A DNA stretch of 64,000 nucleotides from Neovahlkampfia damariscottae (taxonomy: Eukaryota). The position numbers and the translations under genes are program-made. The first letter of the stretch is position 1; each line of letters opens with the position of its first letter. The stretch spans positions 1 to 64,000 of the forward strand of contig JABLTG010000011.1 of NCBI GenBank assembly GCA_016618085.1. The letters are read 5' to 3'. Under the pieces are notes generated by a model. That model was not told the DNA's origin. It did not search any database and saw nothing but the letters and a program-made list of their open reading frames with translations. Positions 50,772-63,615 of the stretch are shown here, piece by piece.

Positions 50772-52097
50772 TTATTGATTTCTAACATATTCAGCTAAAG
50801 ATAAAACTGCTTGATAGTTTTCTTGAGCACATGGTAAAATTTGTGATGGAGCTGGATTAAAACCACCTGACCATTGACTTGTTGGTCTCAATTCAATTGT
50901 GTATCCCATCATTTTATGATTTTCATAGAATTCATCACAAAGAATTCCTGAAGCTGGATATAATTGAGCTGATCTAATATTTCTATAAGAGAGATTATGA
51001 ACACTTTTAATAGCGTCACACATATCTTGACCAATTTTTTGAAGTTTAGATTCATCTGGTGATGCTGCTGTTACTTTACCCCAAGGACGTAAATTTAATT
51101 GTGAATAAGCGTGGAAATCAATAGCAGCTTTAATTTGTGGTTTTCCATATAAAAATTTTGAAATTGCAGAAGTTTCAGGTTCAGAAAGAGCACTTGGTCC
51201 TCTATAAGTTTCTGAACTTGGACTTCCTGATGAGCCTTGACCTCCAAATCCTGATTTCCAATTTCTATTTAAATCAACTCCATATGATGATCCTGAGTTA
51301 TGTCTTCTATTTTTACGCCACATTCTGCTTCTTGTATGTGTATATACATATCCATCTGGGTTTACAATTGGAACATAGTAAATATTGATTTTGTCAAGAA
51401 TATGTTTAACTTTAGAATCTGTTTTGTAAGTTGAAAGAATTTTGTAAATTGAGTATAATGAAGTTGGTGGTGAAATCCATTCTCTAGCATGTTGAAGTGA
51501 GTTAATAAAAAGAGCTGGTTTTTTTTCTTCAATCTTTCCTGGTTTATGAATTTTGAACATTAAAATTTCTCTTTTTTCAACAGATTCACCAATAACTTTT
51601 TTATCAACCATAGTTTTATATGTACTTCTTAAATGTTCTAAATAAGCATGAATTTGTTCTAAAGTTTGGTATTTTTTATAAAACTCTTCTTCGGAGAATA
51701 ATAAGTTTTCTTTGTCTTCTTTTGTTTTTAATAAACTTAATTTTTTTGATAATTCTTCATCAATTTTTTTTGTTTCAGCTTTTTCTGTGTCAATTGATGT
51801 TTGAATGTTTCTGGATAAAACTTCAAATTTATCAAAAATGATGTCTTTGTTGAAGTGATGTACAGCTAATTTTGCAACTTGTTTTGGTGTGAATAAGATA
51901 TCCATATCAAGGTTTTTAGCATATCCTCCATCATATGACCATACGTCTACTTTATCTGATGGGAAGTATTTTTGGAATTTTTGAAAGTTTTCTTCTGTAT
52001 TGAAGCGTACACGAATTAAGTGATAATTGTCATATCTTTCTTCTTGACTTGCAGCAAATGCAAAAATTGCAACGAGAACAATGAGTAACAACTTCAT
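50772..52097 (-). CDS. Secreted M14A zinc carboxypeptidase (prepro)
   Basis: Signal peptide, HAREW, NPDGY, MWRKNR, GVDLNRN, DFHAYSQ, TIELR. Confidence 0.96.
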   Translation of the reverse strand: MKLLLIVLVAIFAFAASQEERYDNYHLIRVRFNTEENFQKFQKYFPSDKVDVWSYDGGYAKNLDMDILFTPKQVAKLAVHHFNKDIIFDKFEVLSRNIQTSIDTEKAETKKIDEELSKKLSLLKTKEDKENLLFSEEEFYKKYQTLEQIHAYLEHLRSTYKTMVDKKVIGESVEKREILMFKIHKPGKIEEKKPALFINSLQHAREWISPPTSLYSIYKILSTYKTDSKVKHILDKINIYYVPIVNPDGYVYTHTRSRMWRKNRRHNSGSSYGVDLNRNWKSGFGGQGSSGSPSSETYRGPSALSEPETSAISKFLYGKPQIKAAIDFHAYSQLNLRPWGKVTAASPDESKLQKIGQDMCDAIKSVHNLSYRNIRSAQLYPASGILCDEFYENHKMMGYTIELRPTSQWSGGFNPAPSQILPCAQENYQAVLSLAEYVRNQ

Positions 52098-52254
52098 ACT
52101 TTTCCGTTAACAAATGAGTATCCAATCAAAAGAATGGAGATGTTTTATTGGTCATTCCAGTTCTTTGGAAGACATGATTGGAAGCATGGAGTTTTGTCTT
52201 GATTAGCAAAAAAATTGATTTTGATCATTTCATTCAATTATTGTTGACAAGAAT

Positions 52255-52928
52255 TTATTTTTTATAAACAGTTTCAATTTGATTTTCAAAATGGGAAGAA
52301 TGTCTTGCACAAACAAATAAGAAATCTGATAAACGATTCAAAAATTTCATCACAATTGGATCCACTAAATCATCTCTGACTAAAGATACAACTTTTCTTT
52401 CTGCTCTTCTACAAATTGTTCTTGCAATATGTAAATGTGAAGCTGTTTCTCCGCCACTCGGTAAAATAAAATTAGTCAATTTTGGTAATTTTGAATCTAA
52501 TTCATCAATCCAGTTTTCTAATTGAATCAAATGTTCTTGAGAAAATGCCACTTTATCTTTTAAGAAATAAAATTAAAAAATTTTTAGTTACTGATTTTTT
52601 CAACTTTTGAAGAATCTAATGGAGTTGCAATACAACTACCTACATCTAACAATCGACTTTGTATCTATTCATTTCTTAAGTATTATTTAAAATTTACGAA
52701 TTTTAATTTCTCTTCTAAATTATTTTTTGATTTGATACAATGAAATGTAGACAATCCTAAGTTCGCATTTAATTCATCCACATCTCCTAAGGCTTCAAAA
52801 ATTTTATCATCTTTTGGTTTTCTTTGCAAATTATAAAGACTTGATTCTCCTTTGTCTCTATGATATATTTCAAAAAATAAATAAATTTACCCTGTTCTTG
52901 TATAAACACTTGATTTTTTCACGGACAT
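52255..52928 (-). CDS. MMAB: ATP:cob(I)alamin adenosyltransferase (PduO-type)
   Basis: VYTRTGDKG, GDVDELN, FILPSGG, ARTICRRAER, LNRLSD. Confidence 0.95.
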
Positions 52929-53147
52929 TGAATAATAACGACTGACGATTTTTTTGTGTGAACAAATGATTTTGAACATTTTAATTGGTGGGATGAAATT
53001 TAATAAAATAAAACCTTATCTTCATTTACAAACAATTAATTTCAAATTTTAATTTGTTTGAATCAGTTGCTCTTTTTTATTGGTCTAATTTTTTTTAAAT
53101 CCAATCCACACACTCACTAGGTAGTTGAAAAAAATAGTTCGTTTATA

Positions 53148-54599
53148 ATGTCCAATATAAAAAAACCAACTAATCTTACAACTGAAATTAAAGAATCTCA
53201 ATTCAAGAATTTCATGTACCAAATGATAATAAAGTAAAAAAATTCGATCCATTTAAAAAATTTAGTCAATTAGAATATGATGGATTTGAAAGTTCCGCAA
53301 ATGAGTTACAACGTAAATTAATGATTAGTAAAAAAAAAAAAAAAAAAAAATTGAAATTTAACAAGAAAAAAACGTTGTTGAGACAAAAGAAAGTCAAAAT
53401 CGATTGAGAGAATTAATAACTAAAGGACTTCAAAATGAAATTGAAAGTGAAAAAGATTTAGAAATTGGAGGACCAATGACAACAGAAACAACAAAAAAAT
53501 TAAGAAAATTAAATTATGTCACTAGATTTATAACTACTCATAAAGGTGCTTGTAGAGTTGCTAAATTTAGTCCTGATGGTAAATATGTCGCAACAGGTAG
53601 TTCTGATAACTCTATCAAATTATTAGAAGTTGAAAAAATGCATACACACCATTTAATGAAAAGTGAAGTTGAAGACTATGCATCAGCAAGACCTGTAGTT
53701 AGAACATTTTATGACCATACAAATGTAACTCAAAAAAATCAAAAATCTAAATTCCTTCATAGGAAATTAACGACATTTGTTTTCATCCAAAAAATCCTTG
53801 TGTTCTTTCTTGTTCAAAAGATCAAACAATTAAACTTTTTGATTTTACAAAAGCTTCAGCAAAAAGATCATATAAATATATTCAAGAATATGAAAATGTA
53901 AAAACAATTGATATACATCCTTCTGGTGATTATTTAGTGGCAGGAACAGATAATAATATTATACGTACTTATGATTTAAATAATTTACAATGTTTTACTT
54001 CAACTAATGATCAAGATCATCACTTTTCTGTAAGTTTTTTTTTTTTATGTTAATTTGTCTATGAAAGTCAATCAACCAAGTGAGATACTCAACGGATGGA
54101 AAATTATTCATTTCAGGAGGTCAAGATGGTGCCATTAAAATTTGGGATGTTGTTTCTGGAAAATGTGTCAACACACTTCCAAATGCACATAGTGGTGAAA
54201 TACATTCTGTTCAATTTACAAAAAATTCAAAATACTTTCTTTCAGGTGGACATGATAAAAAATCAAAGTAAAGAAAAGAAAAAAAATTAAAAATCTTCAA
54301 GATTATGGGAATTATCAACTGGTAGAGTTGTTATGACTTATGAACCAAAGAATTCATTAAAAACAAAGGATATTGTTCAAACAACTTTTAATTATAATGA
54401 AGATATTGTTGTATCTTCAGATTCAACAGATGTAACTCTTTTTAATACAAGAACAGGAGAGTTAATTACAAAGTTAGGAGGACATAATAAAGTAATAAGA
54501 TGGGTGACTTGTTCACCGACAGAACAAGCTATAGTTTCATGTTCAGATGATCAAAGAGCTAGATTTTGGGTTGAAAAATCATCAATTGCTTCTGAATAA
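53148..54599 (+). CDS. CSTF1: Cleavage stimulation factor 50-kDa subunit (WD40)
   Basis: LisH-like start, TRFITTHKGACR, RPVVRTFYDH, SCSDDQRARFW. Confidence 0.93.
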
Positions 54600-54616
54600 A
54601 ATGAAATTTACATTTT

Positions 54617-54925
54617 TTATTTTCCAAAATATTTTTTTGAAATTTCTTTTAATTTTTCTGCTCCTTTTTGGATATTTTTATCTGCTTTTTCAATAACTCT
54701 TTCTAAATATGTTTCTTCTTCAAGTGTATCCCAGTTACCTTTTTTTTTAATTTTTTTTTTTTTTTTTTTACGATCTTCAAAATTTGAATCCTCTTCAAAT
54801 ATGTAAATTTTTTTTGCAAATGCATCAATTTCTTTTTTACATTGAAATCTTGAACCTTTTTTTTCAAGACAAGTAATCATTTTATTCAACAATTCAACAT
54901 CTTCAATTCTTCTAGCTTGATCCAT
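54617..54925 (-). CDS. Small hypothetical protein
   Basis: ATG 54925 with CCAAT upstream; likely A-rich intron near 54740-54771. Confidence 0.4.
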   Translation of the reverse strand: MDQARRIEDVELLNKMITCLEKKGSRFQCKKEIDAFAKKIYIFEEDSNFEDRKKKKKKIKKKGNWDTLEEETYLERVIEKADKNIQKGAEKLKEISKKYFGK

Positions 54926-55083
54926 TTTTATTGGTTGAATTTTTAACGATATTTTGGGTTTATTAGTTGATCTCAATTGAATAAATTGTAAAAATAAAAA
55001 GGAAATTGAAAAAGTTTGTTGATTTTTATGTGATGGGAGTTTTTGATTGGTCAAAAAAAACTTTGACAAAAAACTTTCACACG

Positions 55084-57495
55084 ATGTCTTTAAACACAAC
55101 ACGCGGAAAAAAGTTCGTCCTTGAATGGTGCCAAGAAATAGGAGGTTCTCATGGATTAGATGTACAAGATATTTTCGAAAGTATGAAAGATGGTCTTGTC
55201 TTTTGTGCTATTGTTCACAAATACGTTGAAAATTCAGGTATTGATTTTAGTGCTTTGTCAAAGGATAACGCAAAAGAAAATTTAGAATTAGCAGCTAAAG
55301 TAGCTACAGATGCTGGTGTTGAAGTAGCATTTGATTCTTCTGATTCAGAAGATGAACAAGCTGTTTTTCAATTTCTTTCAGCTCTTTTCAAAAAATATAA
55401 CCCTGATTCACCTGCTCTCAAAAAAAAAGGTAGAAAAGGAAGAAAAGGTGATAAAGAAGAAAAAGTCGAAGAACCAAAAGTTGAAGAAGTTAAACCTGAA
55501 GAAGAAACAAAACCAGAAGAAATTGTTCAATCAGAAGAACCAAAAGTTGAAGAAGAAGTTAAAGTTGAAGAAGAAGTTAAACCAGAAGAATCTGTCCAAT
55601 CAACAACTGAAGAAACAAAACCTGAAGAAGAAAGCAATGATTCACCAAAATCAACAAAATCTGATGATTCAACAGGTTCACAAGGTAAAAAAAGAAGAAG
55701 TAGAAGAGAAAAGAAAAAAAGAAGCAGTGGAGAATCAACACCAGAAGCAGAACCTGAACAAGAAACTCAACTTGAACCTGAACCTGAACCTGAAGTTATT
55801 GTAAAAGAAGATGCTCCTTTAGTAAATCCAGAACCTGTAAAAGAAGAAGAAACTCAACAATCTGAACCAGTTCAAGAAGAAGAAACCGCAAAACCACTCG
55901 AAACAGTTGAAGAATCAGAACCTGTTAAAGAAGAAGAAGTAGTACAACCTGAACCAGTTCAAGAAGAAGTTAAAGAACCAGAGCCACAACCAGAACCTGT
56001 TCAAGAACCTGAACCAGTGGTAGAACCAGAACCAGTTCAAGAACCTGAAACAGTTGAATCTCAACCAGAACCTGTTAAAGAACCAGAACCTGTAAAAGAA
56101 GAAGTTAAAAAAGAAGAACCAAAACCTGTTAAAAAAGAACCTGAACCATATGTATCAGCAGTTAAAGAAACAGTTCTTGAAGATAGACCAAGAAGAACAG
56201 AAGAAGAAATTGAAAAATACAGTAAACCATCACACATGCCAAAAGATGATGATTCTGATGATATTGATATTGATGACTTATTAGCATCAAATATTCAAAA
56301 AATTAGAAAAAAAAGAAAAAAACATATCTCAACAGGAGTCGAAGGTGAAGATGCAGAAACAGTTGAAGATGCGTTAAGAGATGCACTTTCAAGAATTGAT
56401 GCTTTAGAAGTTGAATTAGATTTAAAATCAGGAGAACTTTCAAAATCAAAAAAAAGAACAACAACTTTTCAAGCAGAAGTTAAAAAATTAATCTCCGAAA
56501 ATACTTCATTAACACAAGAAGTTAGAAATGCAACTTCAAGATTAGAATTAGAAGAAAGAGCAAGAAATGATTTACAAAATAGAAGTGATACTGAAATTCA
56601 AAAATTAGATTCTGAATTAGCTGGATTAAGAGAACAATATGAACAAGAAATGTCACAAAAAAAGACCAATGAAAAACAAGTAAAAAAATCATTAAGAGAA
56701 GCAAGAACAGCACAAGAAAAAGCTGATAGAGAAGAAAAAAGAGCAATTCAACTTGAACAAGAATTAAAAAAAGTACATTCAAACTTTGAAGAAATCAATC
56801 AAAAATATCATGAAGAAACAGCAAAATTAGAAGGAGCCAATAGAGAAATCTCCGATTTAGTTATTTCAATTGATGCTTATAAAAAGATTTTAGATAAAAC
56901 AAAAAAAGAATTAGATACAACACAACAAAAATATGAAGAATTAGAAATTTCATATGACCAATTATTATCTGAAATTGAAGATGAAAGATTGGATAGAGAA
57001 GCATCTGAAGAACAAGTTGAAAAATTAATTATTCAAGTTGATAAATTAAAAAAAGCAGCTCTTCAATTAAAAAAACAAAAAGAAGAAGCTGAATCAAATT
57101 GTATTGATTATAAACGTATCATTAATGATTTGAAATTCCAAGTTGAATCAGAAAAACAAAACTTCTTAAAAGAAGAAAGAGATAAGAGATTAACTGTTGA
57201 AAGAATGAAAGAAGAAATTAGAAAATTAGAATCCAATGACGAAGAATTTTTAGCACTTCAAAGAGTTTTAAAAAAAAGAGAAAGAGATGTTGAAAAATAT
57301 AAATCAAAATTAATTGAACAAGTTGATGCAAAGAAAAACTTAGAAAGACAAATTACAGAATTAAGAGATGATTTAAATCGAACAACAGAATCAAAAAATG
57401 TTTTGGATGATCAATTATATCAAGCACATCAAGAAAAAGATGAAGTCATGAAAAAATTAAAAGAAATGGAAATTTATCAACAAATTAATCAATAA
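55084..57495 (+). CDS. Calponin-homology domain + E/P-rich linker + long coiled coil cytoskeletal protein
   Basis: LEWCQ...[13 protein letters not shown]...NLELA (type-2 CH); PEPV repeats; myosin-tail-like coiled coil. Confidence 0.85.
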   Translation: MSLNTTRGKKFVLEWCQEIGGSHGLDVQDIFESMKDGLVFCAIVHKYVENSGIDFSALSKDNAKENLELAAKVATDAGVEVAFDSSDSEDEQAVFQFLSALFKKYNPDSPALKKKGRKGRKGDKEEKVEEPKVEEVKPEEETKPEEIVQSEEPKVEEEVKVEEEVKPEESVQSTTEETKPEEESNDSPKSTKSDDSTGSQGKKRRSRREKKKRSSGESTPEAEPEQETQLEPEPEPEVIVKEDAPLVNPEPVKEEETQQSEPVQEEETAKPLETVEESEPVKEEEVVQPEPVQEEVKEPEPQPEPVQEPEPVVEPEPVQEPETVESQPEPVKEPEPVKEEVKKEEPKPVKKEPEPYVSAVKETVLEDRPRRTEEEIEKYSKPSHMPKDDDSDDIDIDDLLASNIQKIRKKRKKHISTGVEGEDAETVEDALRDALSRIDALEVELDLKSGELSKSKKRTTTFQAEVKKLISENTSLTQEVRNATSRLELEERARNDLQNRSDTEIQKLDSELAGLREQYEQEMSQKKTNEKQVKKSLREARTAQEKADREEKRAIQLEQELKKVHSNFEEINQKYHEETAKLEGANREISDLVISIDAYKKILDKTKKELDTTQQKYEELEISYDQLLSEIEDERLDREASEEQVEKLIIQVDKLKKAALQLKKQKEEAESNCIDYKRIINDLKFQVESEKQNFLKEERDKRLTVERMKEEIRKLESNDEEFLALQRVLKKRERDVEKYKSKLIEQVDAKKNLERQITELRDDLNRTTESKNVLDDQLYQAHQEKDEVMKKLKEMEIYQQINQ

Positions 57496-57569
57496 ATTAT
57501 TTCCTCTCATTTTTCGAATGTTTTTTATTTTTATTGGTTATTTTCAGTTTTCAATTTTATTGGTCAAAG

Positions 57570-58030
57570 ATGAAGAAGATTTTTTTGTTTGTACTTTTGG
57601 TACTTTTTCAAGTTTTTTCTTTTTCAGAAACCAAATGTATTGGCTTTAATACAGATACTCTAATGTGTCATACATGCGAAAAAATGAAAAATTTCATCAA
57701 ACAAACTAAGTTTTTAAACAATTGTAAAGAATGTTGTATCCAAGAAAAGTCAACTGTATCAAAATATTCATCTGCTAAAATTGAAATATGTTCATGAAAA
57801 ATGGGAGGTTTTCCTGAAATCAAAAACTTTATTGATCAAAATTCAAAAAATTTTAAAAATTTGAAAGTTAGTTTTTATCTTCTAATTTTGTTACATGATA
57901 GGTCAATTATGTTTCAGGTTCACCTCCAAAATTATTCATGAAAAATGGAAAACAAGAAGATTTTATTGATATTCAACAATGGAAAAATGAACAAATTTCT
58001 GAATTTTTAAAACAAAAATTGGATGATTAA
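57570..58030 (+). CDS. SELENOF: Selenoprotein F (Sep15); TGA 57795-57797 = Sec; intron 57867-57901
   Basis: Signal peptide, CxxC...CxxCC, ICS-U-KMGGFPEIKNFI, VNYVSGSPPKL, WKNEQISEFL. Confidence 0.93.
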
Positions 58031-58050
58031 GTCACACCATCAAAAACTCA

Positions 58051-58124
58051 TTTTTTTTCAGTGAATGAATTTCTTTTGATAATTACAAAAAAGTAACCAA
58101 AATAAAATGAAAATTGAAAAAAAA
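58051..58124 (+). promoter_or_regulatory. Type II SECIS element
   Basis: U-rich/A-rich helix I, ATGA(58065)/TGAA(58108) core, helix II TTTCTTTTG/CAAAATAAAA, apical AA plus TTAC/GTAA ministem. Confidence 0.82.
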
Positions 58125-58454
58125 AAAGATTTTGAAAGAACTTTTATTTTTCTCCAGTAAATTCTTTACATAATTCTTCAAAAATTTGAACTTGATTTTT
58201 AAATTTTATACAAATCAAATATCTTTCTTTTTTCAATTGAGAGTCAATCTTCGAACTACAACTTGTTCTTTGTTGAGATAGTTCTGATTTTGAGCACATT
58301 CAAATATTTCTTCAATTCTGTGTCACAAAAATCGATGATGTTTAAACTAATTATTTTTACTATCATTTATTGTCCAAATAAGATTTCCTTTTCATTTTTT
58401 TGAAAATAAAACACATCAATTTGATTGGACAACGTCACCGATTTTTTTTTTACA

Positions 58455-59515
58455 ATGGGTTTGCAAGGAACAGTAGCAGTTTTAGGATTAAAATTATTTT
58501 CACTGTTTTATTCACCTTACAAAGTGATCAAAAGAAATGATACTTTAAAATATTCATCCATCGCAGGCTTGGTTGTATTATTCTTAGTTTTATTTCTTTT
58601 ACCAGGAGGCAGTGTTGATAACCTTTCACCATATGCAGTTTTAGATGTAACTAAAGAAAATACAAAAAAAGAAATTTCAAGAAAATACAGAAAACTTTCT
58701 TTGTTATATCATCCAGATAAAAATAAAAATGACGCTGAAGCAAATAAAAAATATATTCAAGTACAAAAAGCTTATGAAATGTAACCTTGAAAATATTTCT
58801 AAACCACTCATTTTATAAAAGTATTTCGGACCCAAAAAAACTTGAAAATTTGGAAAAGTATGGAAATCCTGAAGGTCCAGATAGTTCATTCTATGAGGAT
58901 AAATATCCAGAATTTATTTTAAAACCATCCAAAAAAGTAACTTTTTTTAACAAAATTTTAATATTTTTCATTGGCAGTTTGTTTATTTTTATTTATTTTT
59001 GATTTTTGGATTCATGTTACTTCCAATTGCTTTATTTGTTATTCCATGCCTTAAAAGTCCACCTTCTGTTAGTTTTTTTGATTTCTATTTATTTTTTTTT
59101 AAAGTGGGTTCGTCAAGACATTGATGAAGAAATTCAAGTTGGAATTGATCTTTTGGTAAAACATGATGAAAGAGCACTTTCACATTTTTCAAATGCAGAA
59201 CAAAAATGGTTAGATTTAGTAAAAGCATTTCCAAGATATGAAAAATCACCTTATTGTGCTATTTATATTTTCAAAATCGCATGTAGAAGCGCACAATTTC
59301 TTTTAGTTCATGATAAAGTAGATGAAGCAATTCAAAAAATTAAAGAATCAAGAAAACAATTTAGCAAAGATGTACTTAGATCAAGAGAAACACAAAATAT
59401 TATTGTTCCAATTATTGATGATGTTATTGAAACAATCAATTCATGTGGTTTGAAACAATCAAAAGCGATTGCAGCAAAAGAATCAGTTTTAGCATTCAAA
59501 ACAAAAGGAAAATAA
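58455..59515 (+). CDS. Membrane J-domain (DnaJ) protein, Sec63-N-like
   Basis: TM helices, PYAVL...YRKLSLLYHPDKN, KYGNPEGP; introns. Confidence 0.85.
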
Positions 59516-59519
59516 AATT

Positions 59520-61949
59520 TCATTTATTCATATTTAATCCTGGAATTCCTTTTTCTTCCGAATCTTCAAATTTTTTTTTCTTTTCTATTGGTGGATATTT
59601 ATAGAGGAATTTTTCACCTTCTTCTCTTCCATCAAATTCAACTGAAATATTCATTAATTTTCTTTTTATTCCAATATATTCATAAAAACTTAAATTTTGT
59701 TTCCAATTCAAATTTTTTAATTGTTTTGATATGTTCATTTTCTTCTCTTCAATTTTTAAATTTCTCTTTTCCTTTTCAGTTATTGATTCTTCTTCAATGG
59801 AGTCAATATCTTCTTCATTAAACTCATTTTTAGATTGTTTTTGATCATCTAAACTTTCATTCTTTTTTGGTAAATTCCAAGATTTTGGCTGATGAACTGC
59901 ATTTGGTCGATCACATTTTTCTGCATTTGGTAATTCAGATATTAATTTCATCACTGTTGGATTTGCAAGTCCAAAATATTCTGGACCTGAAACATTGGTG
60001 AATACCTTTTTACCAGATGCTTCACTTTTAATTTCATTGACTGTTTTTACTACACTTGTCCAAGCAGCTGTGGCAGATTTCTCTTCTATTGGTGAATCAA
60101 AATCTCGACAATTTAAAACAAATATTGGAGCAAATCCACCATCTTTAATCTCACATGTATAGACTATTCTTTCATCAACATTTTTCATACTTGTATAAAC
60201 TCTTGTTGCCTTGAAACCAACAGGCCAAATATCTGAAGAATTTAATCAAATTCAAAGAAAAACTTACATTTATCTGTGTGATAAGCAGGTCTATCATATA
60301 TTACTTTACCGACTGAATGTATGGTTAATGCACCCAAGTTAATTGGAAAAATAACATTTCCATATAAATCTCTTTGAACTTCTACCAATCGTTTGTTCTT
60401 TTTCACTTCAACATCAGGTTTTTTATCATAAAAGAAATGAGGCCATAGAGTATCCATTTTATCCCTTAAAATAAATTGTTTTTGAACTTCAACAAAATCA
60501 TGTAATTCACTCCAAACTTTGTTGTAAATATCAAATCTAGCAGTATGATTGGATGATAATTCAGGGATCAAAGAAATATCATTGTTTTCTGCAGCCGAGT
60601 ATAATTTAACAATGATTTCTTTTGCTTTTTCTTCATCTTCTTTGAACTTTGTGGTATCTTGAAAAATCAAATCAATCAATGGTGCTAAAAAATTCTTTAA
60701 AGTTACAGTTCCATTTGAGTTGAATAAAACAGACTCCTTATCACCACATAATGGAAATAATCTTGTTTTTCTTTCAATTAATCTTGGTGTATAGTAAATA
60801 TGATCTAAATGTTGCATTTTTGTTAAATTCTCTTTTGTATCAGTGACTCTGTCAAACATAGTTTCATCATCTCTTATTTTTTCGTCATAAATTAAGAAAT
60901 CTCTGTTCAAATCAGTGAATTCTTTAATTCTATATGTGACTTTTGGAATCAATGGAACTGTATTTGTCAACCATGGAAGAAATACTCTTGATAATATTAA
61001 TGAATGTAAATATATTTCATTTTGATGTTGAATTAACAAATGAGTGACTTTTAAATGATGTTTTTTCTTAAGAAAAGATTCAGTTCAAAAAAAAAAAGTT
61101 ATTACATTATAATCAGATTCAAAATAAAAGCATAATGGTGAATGAGTGGATAAGTAATTAAGAAACTCTTTTGATTTCAAAGAAACTCTGTGAAAGGATT
61201 TTGTACAGTAATAACTTTCAATATCCATTTTTAAATCATCCAATTGAACGAAATTCAATTCTAATTTTTGGTTTAACACATCTTGTGTTATTTCAATTTT
61301 AGTTGACTTTTGAATTTAAATATTTTTTTTTTCTTACTTGAACAAGTATGTTTTCTGTTTTATTTGATAGTGGTAAATGATTCAATTTTAGAGTAATCAA
61401 AGAAAAGTGCTCTTTTGATAATTCAACCATGTATTCTTTTAATTTTTCAACTTTTACATTTGTATTTTTTTCTTGGTTTGTTTTTGATGATGATAGTATT
61501 ACTTTGTTCATTTGAAAATTTAATTTAGAAAATTTTGAAGACAAAAGTTGGTTCAATGATTCAATATCTTTGTCATTGTAAGATATATATATAATCCTTA
61601 ACTCAGTTAAATGAGAGCAGTGTATATTGAATAGTTCTTCGAAATTTTCAAAATGTTCATTGGAATCATTTACAACAGAAAATTGTTTTAAAATGAATAA
61701 CAAAGATTGTTGTTGCCATGAATTAATGATTTTTGGGGTTTTATTTCCATAAATTATGGACAGTCGTTGATTTGCTTCCACCTCTTTGGCTATTTTAAAA
61801 TAATCCAAAATAGCTTCAACAACAGTGGAGTAATCGCTTTTTGATGAATTAATAATTTCTTGTATAGAATTTGTTTTATCAAATGGTGGTCTGTTTTCAT
61901 TTGATTTTTGAATTATTTCGTCGGAAATGATGAGAAGTGTTGAATCCAT
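59520..61949 (-). CDS. INTS13/Asunder-like region fused to FYRN-FYRC domains
   Basis: THLLIQHQNEIYLHSL, VTYRIKEF, ERKTRLFP, YNKVWSEL resemble INTS13. LTIHSVG.V...PAYH...IWPVGF...YTCEI.DGG..PIF...VSGPEYFGL..P is FYR. Confidence 0.7.
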
Positions 61950-61975
61950 TTTGATTGGTAATTAATTTTCCACCA

Positions 61976-63053
61976 ATGAATATATTTTTAAACATCAATG
62001 AAGAATTGAACAAAAATTATGACAAGTATAAGTTAAAGGTTGATTTATTTCCTTCTCCTCTACAAGCTTATAATAAATTTGTTTCAAAAAATTCGGAAAG
62101 ACATGAGGAATTCAAAGATTGGTTTAATTTTCATGATAAAATAATTGAAAAATTAGAACCACCATTATTAGAATTTCAAAAAGAATTCAAAACTGAAATA
62201 AATTCAGTTGAAACTCAAGAAAACACCAAAAATGTTCAAAAAGTTGAAGAAATACCTTTTTCATTGTGTTTGGATTTTTACACTCAACAACAACAAACTT
62301 GGAATTATTTTCAACATTTGAACTCTTCACAAAAATTCTTTAATAATTTGATAAAAAATGAAAAAGAAACTGTTTTGAATATTTTGAATAGAGAATTTTT
62401 GATTCCAAAAAATTGTTCATTTTTCATATCAGATATTTCGAATTCACAAAATTTTTTAAATCAATTAGGACAACAAAGATTTGAATTTATCATCATGGAT
62501 CCTCCTTGGGAGAACAAAAGTGTCAATAGATCAAATCATTACAATCAATTCAATCATTTAGATTTATTTCAGATTCCTGTTACAAAAATAATTGATCAGG
62601 AAAAAGGAGGATATTTAGCGGTATAGAATATCATTTAAACTTATTTCTTAGATTTGGGTGACTAATCGATTGATTTTTCATGATTTTATTCTCAATCAAC
62701 TTTTTCCAAAATGGAACATCACCTTTTTAACCCACTGGTATTGGATGAAAATTGCAAAGAATAACGATCCTGTTGTTTCATTACACTCACGACAAAGAAA
62801 ACCTTACGAAATGTTGATTATTGGGTCATTTGGGAATCCAAAAAAAAAAATTCCAGCAAATGAAAGAATTATTTTTTGTTCACCAACAAAACATTCACAA
62901 AAACCACCATTGATAAATTTATTTCAAAAAGAAACTGGAATAGATCAAATTACTGCACTGGAGATTTTTTCAAGAAATTTGAATTCTAATTGTATTTCTT
63001 GGGGGAATGAAGTGTTAAAATTTCAGCATTTAGAATACTTCAATGAAAAATAA
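61976..63053 (+). CDS. METTL4: MT-A70 family N6-adenine methyltransferase, METTL4-like
   Basis: MDPPWENKSV.R, WVTN, WYWMK, RKPYE, HSQKPP, LEIFSR, SWGNEVLKFQ; intron 62621-62651. Confidence 0.92.
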
Positions 63054-63131
63054 TGGATTAAACTATGCTATGTTGTCCATCAAGTAAGCTTTTTGTTCAA
63101 AACATTCCAAACCCATTGATTGGTCAAATTC

Positions 63132-63615
63132 ATGAAGCTTCTATTTATTATTGTGCTTGTTGTCACTGCTCAAGCTTTTAAAATGAATTCCACTGTTAAA
63201 TATGGAAATAATGACCTCTCTTCATATCATCGTAGAACAGAAACAAGATTACTCTTTTTATATTGGGTCTGAAACTTTCTCTGGAATAGGATTTCCTTGC
63301 CCTCAGTATGTTCCAGATTTTTCTTTTGTTGCTGTATCTGCTGTTTTACTTCCAGAATCAACAATAAGTGACAATACACCAGTCACATCTCACTATTCTT
63401 CTTTGTGTTCAGGTTCAGGAAGCTATAATAGAAAAACCTATGACTTTGAAAGAAGGAATGATATCATAAAAGTAGTAGGTGGCCATGATATGATTTTAGG
63501 TCGTTCTCTTGCAAGTAAAGGATGTATAACTGCAGAAGAAAAAGATGGTAAAAAATACGTTTTTGTCGAGATTGTACTCCAAAATTTGAAGAATTTCAAG
63601 CAAGTTTTGAATTAA
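63132..63615 (+). CDS. Secreted hypothetical protein; intron 63195-63240
   Basis: Signal peptide MKLLFIIVLVVTAQA joins ORF 63202-63615 in frame after GTTAAA...AACAG removal. Confidence 0.6.

Noticed and set aside
55740..56150. GAACCW-rich tandem repeats
   Set aside because: Ordinary low-complexity Glu/Pro linker of the CH-domain protein.
57795..57797. Genome-wide stop codon reassignment
   Set aside because: TAA, TAG and TGA all terminate other genes; this TGA is explained by selenocysteine.
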